NCBI GenBank assembly: GCA_032718475.1
Contig: JAUCBJ010001681.1
Coordinates: 1-35,147 of the forward strand
Reading direction: 5' to 3'
From: Nemertoderma westbladi
Lineage: Eukaryota > Animalia > Xenacoelomorpha
DNA length: 35,147 nucleotides
The position numbers and the translations under genes are program-made. Under the pieces are notes generated by a model. It saw only the letters and a program-made list of their open reading frames with translations. It was not told the origin of the DNA and made no database searches. Position 1 is the stretch's first letter. Every line of letters starts with the position of its first letter. Shown here piece after piece: positions 31,422 through 35,147 of the stretch.

Positions 31422-34250
31422 TACGGAAGCCCATTACGGCCACCTTCGCGGACATCATGACAAACTGAGGGGATACCCCGGATACCTGCAAAAGCGCGCC
31501 GTTGACAAAATTTTGTCAAAGGCGCGCGGTCTGTCAATAGCGAGCCCCGTTCTGCCATTGTCAGATTGTCAAATATTCTGTCAATGGCGCGCGCTCTTCA
31601 ATGCCCTGCGCCGTTGTCAATTTTTTTTGTCAACGGCGGGCGCACTGTCAACGGCGCATGCTCTGACCCGTCTATTCAACAAGCTGTAGGCCTACTGAAT
31701 GCAGTACAAGTACTGCTGTACAGTACTGCTGTATTGTGTTTACTTCAGTGCTTCTCAGGTTGACAGTTGTTATCGGTGATTGTTACCGTACCGTACCGGT
31801 ACTGCTGTGCTAAATGTAATAGGCCTACCAACACCAGAAGTTTTTTAATAAAATATCTATAGCACTAAATAGCAGCAGAGCAGTAGAGTAATCATCAGTA
31901 GCTGTAGTAGCAGTAGGCCCCTATGCAGCTATGTCTGTGTGCACCGGTACCCGGTACTGATATCTGGATATAGGTCAGTAGGTGGTACGGATACGGCAGT
32001 ACGGAACTCCAACATTTAACATTATTGGTGAGATTATTTTAATTAGACACTCTCATTATGGTCGTCTGTCCACGCTGTTAATTTTCCAACAATGAGGAGT
32101 TTAACTTCTGCAATAAATGTGGTTTGCCTATCACTGGCAGTTGGTCGTCTGGCAATGACGACAATGTTAGTAGCAATATAGGAAGTGATGGAGTTGCAAC
32201 CTTGTTACATGCGACAATTCCCAATTTCAACGAATTTTTAAGAGAGAAAAGTCGTGGACATCTAGGCCAAGGTTCTTCAAGTTCGTCGATGACGCCAAGG
32301 ATCGTTACACCTAATCCAGCTAAAAAGGCCAAGATAGAAAAAGTAAAATATGTTAATATAGACATCGGTTTTATGAAATATGATCGTAAACTTGGTAATT
32401 TAAAGCCCTTCTTAGGTAAAAGGGTAACCATTGAAGTTGCATCATCTGCAGATTACGATATGATTTTTAAGAACGGTGTCGCTCAATTTAAAATGCAAGT
32501 AAGTGATGTTGTTGATGGAGAAACTGATGAGGATGACTTACTCTTGATATATAAATGTGGGCGGCAGATAGCCAATAAACTTCCTGCCAGCGATGAAGCA
32601 TTTGTTCTTAGTAAATATCAATCTATTGTAAAAACCGATTACCGACGAATTTGTTTATACCTAGCGTTTAAGTGCGACTTCGACCGAATTCGTAATGGGG
32701 CTTTATCTCATCAATCCCAAGGTTATGTAACTGCTATAGACACAGGGGAACTGGTAGTAGCCCCTTCAAAGTCTAGTCAAAGCGATAGGCAACAACTAAA
32801 GAGAAGCCAAACATGCCAAAGTGTACATGAGGAGCCTACTACTGATGTTGAGAATATCGAGGCTTTTCAAAGACCCCCAATAATTCTCATTGATTCTGGT
32901 CCTACACTAGAAAATATCGCGGTTGAGGATGACGATGAAATCATGATAGTGAAATTATTTCTACCAGTAGTAATAATTCACCGTCGAGGTTTTTTAATGT
33001 TGACAGAGACTTTTTACAATGCACTGGACTAATAGATTGGATTGTCACAAACAAGGACATCCGCGAAATTACCGAAGGTGGGAAGTTATACGATTATGAT
33101 GATGACAGTAGGGAATATTGTTTTATTCGAATAAGACGCCGTTTGTTATTAAATGACTTGTTCGATGTTTTACCGAAACTGAATGTTCTGGACTATATTA
33201 AGGTGAGATATGTTGGTGAACCTGGGGCCGATCAAGGTGGTTTGCGACGAGATTTATTTGGTTGCTGCGTGAAAGATTTATATACTGTGAGTTCTTTGTT
33301 TAGTATGGTTGATGGTTTCCTTGTCCCTTCTGCCGCGGACATGTCAAAGGTGGTTAGTGGTCAGTTTGAACTTCTGGGAAAATTTATCGCCCTGCTTTTC
33401 CTTCATGGTGAACAATTACTTAGCGTACTACACCCTGTAGTTGCTGTGTATATCTGTTATGATGATGCATACAATTCCATTGATATTCTGGCGAGACACC
33501 CCGTTCTATCGCATTGCGGTTCTGAAGTAATTAATGATGGCATTTTTGCTGAGATATTCTGTGCTGAATGTTTGGATTTCGGTTTGCAGCCACCCTCCAA
33601 ACCTAGCCTAGACCAACGCAAAGAATTTTTCAGTAACTACTTACGTGTAAAACTAATATACTCAAATAAAGCAGCTCTGGATCTTTTAAAGAAATCTATA
33701 TTAATTTACTTACCTCATGTTCGCAAGGATTTACTTTTTAAGTTCCTTTGTATGAATACAAAGTTCAGATTAGCTAATATAGTTGATAACGCCAACATAA
33801 TTAACAGAGCTGAAGAAGGCTCAAACCTGTTCACTAAGGAAGAAGATATTCTGTTTTTTATGGGAAACTTTCTGGATCGTATCGAAACTACAAACCTTGT
33901 TGAAGTAAATGACGATGAGAAGTTGATGCTAGAGATCGGGATATTCAAGCAATGGCTCTTCGGCTCGGAAAATCCCACTGTTATACATAACATGTCGATT
34001 ATATTTAAGGACTGCAACATAACCAATTGTAAATGCCGAATTGTCTACTCGACTTGCACCTATCTAATGATAATTCCAAGGCACATATCAAATCAGTAAG
34101 AACTTGACTGTATTATGGTAAGGTCTGTAATGGAAAGTGGATCTGCTTTTAATATGCTTTGATTCTTGTTTTAATATATTGCTTTGTCTGATATAGTTTA
34201 ATTCGTTTGAATTAACTTAGTCTTTTAATTTTGTTATAATTAATCTGTGT
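31422..34250 (+). mobile_element. Second IS3EU-like DNA transposon end carrying a HECT ligase gene (right boundary not located)
   Basis: Terminus TACGGAAGCCCATTACGGCCA matches the 4770 terminus at 14/21 positions. Subterminal palindromes and TGTCAA repeats at 31494-31657 are followed by an intronless HECT gene. Confidence 0.55.
32058..34162 (+). pseudogene. Zinc-ribbon + HECT-domain E3 ubiquitin ligase (G2E3-like HECT), intronless, disrupted
   Basis: ATG 32058 reads MVVCPRC*FSNNEEFNFCNKCG (TAA at 32079). A frameshift near 32940 links the two track ORFs. HECT N-lobe KVRYVGEPGADQGGLRRDLF; catalytic-Cys region YSTCTYLMIIP. Past TAA 34097-34099 the frame continues ELDCIMVRSVMESGSAFNML* with the HECT -4 Phe. 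Confidence 0.8.
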
Positions 34251-34285
34251 TAATACTAATATCAATGAATCGATTATCATCAATC

Positions 34286-34286
<1 letters not shown>

Positions 34287-34314
<28 letters not shown>
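34287..34314 (+). repeat. Poly-G tract (28 nt)
   Basis: Seen directly in the sequence. Confidence 0.9.
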
Positions 34315-34317
<3 letters not shown>

Positions 34318-34509
34318 GAGATTCCGCCGTTATACTAAAACGACTCCCACTTTAACATAACTATTATATTACTGTATATTATACCGGTACAGTATTATAA
34401 CCACTGTTATAAATACCAATGCTACGAACAAACAAAAGTGGTCTCCAAAAGTAATAAGAAATAAGTGACTTACAACAAATAATAATTATGTATTACATGG
34501 GAAAAAAGT

Positions 34510-34875
34510 AGAACTTTTTATTCATTTATAAATTTAACTGCAGTATTTTACTATATTGCTTCCATAGTTACTGCAATTCAAATTATTGTACTCTTCAACT
34601 CCTGATGCTGCCTTACTCAATGTAAAATAATTTAGTGTTCTCGAATATTTATTATGTAACTAAAGAGCCGCTTAACTACATAAACCAATATTGGATTTTG
34701 ATTCCGTCTTGGTCTACGCCGCACAGACACTAAAGTTGCAATAACTTTTGAGTCTGTGAATGTAATTTACTCAAATTACTTGCAAACCTTTTCTACGTCG
34801 ATGCTCTTTCAATAAATAAACCTCAACATTTGGGGTATATTCGAGCGAAAAAGTAACAATTTAAGAATAAAATAT
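34510..34875 (-). repeat. Interspersed repeat, copy B
   Basis: Inverted, diverged copy of 6140-6560 (see above). Confidence 0.8.
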
Positions 34876-35147
34876 ATTATTACAATTTTAGTTTTATTAA
34901 TAAGAGTATTTTATTACAACTGTGAATTTAGGAGTTTGTAACGCTTAATACTTTCCTGCCAATCTTTCGGCTCTGGATGCCACCCAAGCCTTTCCCGAAC
35001 GAACAAACAATACTCTTGAATATCAGATAGTGGTTGCTCATCATAATAAATATTACGTTGAACTGTTTGGAACTTTTCCCCTTGTGGATCTAAAACTTTA
35101 TGCAGTCCTGACTTCCCGCCGCGAATGGAAGGGTTGTAATAATTAAT

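Noticed and set aside
4770-31422. One giant transposon enclosing USF3 and MED25
   Set aside because: The two termini point away from the gene pair and their flanks do not match, so the host genes lie outside both elements.
34097-34102. Readthrough at the internal stops of the HECT gene or within LINE ORF2
   Set aside because: Contexts (TAA-GAA, TAA-TTT, TAG-TGC, TAG-AAG) are not readthrough motifs and co-occur with frameshifts; simple nonsense mutations explain them better.

Overview
AT-rich eukaryotic DNA from an invertebrate animal, judged from spliceosomal introns and metazoan-type genes and transposons; the species cannot be determined. Two host transcription genes lie tail to tail. One is a 4-exon USF3-like bHLH-zipper gene (+, 5088-16950) whose bHLH exons are missing from the ORF track. 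The other is a 2-exon MED25 gene (-, 22198-31106). The rest is densely nested mobile DNA. A DDE transposase gene (-, ~907-4136) is split by a 2.48 kb TA-flanked non-autonomous element and lies inside an IS3EU-like TAYGG terminus. A second IS3EU-like terminus at 31422 is followed by a decayed zinc-ribbon/HECT E3 ligase gene. A near full-length CR1/L2-group LINE fills the MED25 intron; its ORF1 and ORF2 are in one frame, separated only by UGA-CUAG, a known stop-codon readthrough context. Also present are a CRE-clade retrotransposon remnant, a Harbinger MITE nested in a foldback element, and palindromic tandem arrays. All family assignments come from recalled motifs; no database search was run.
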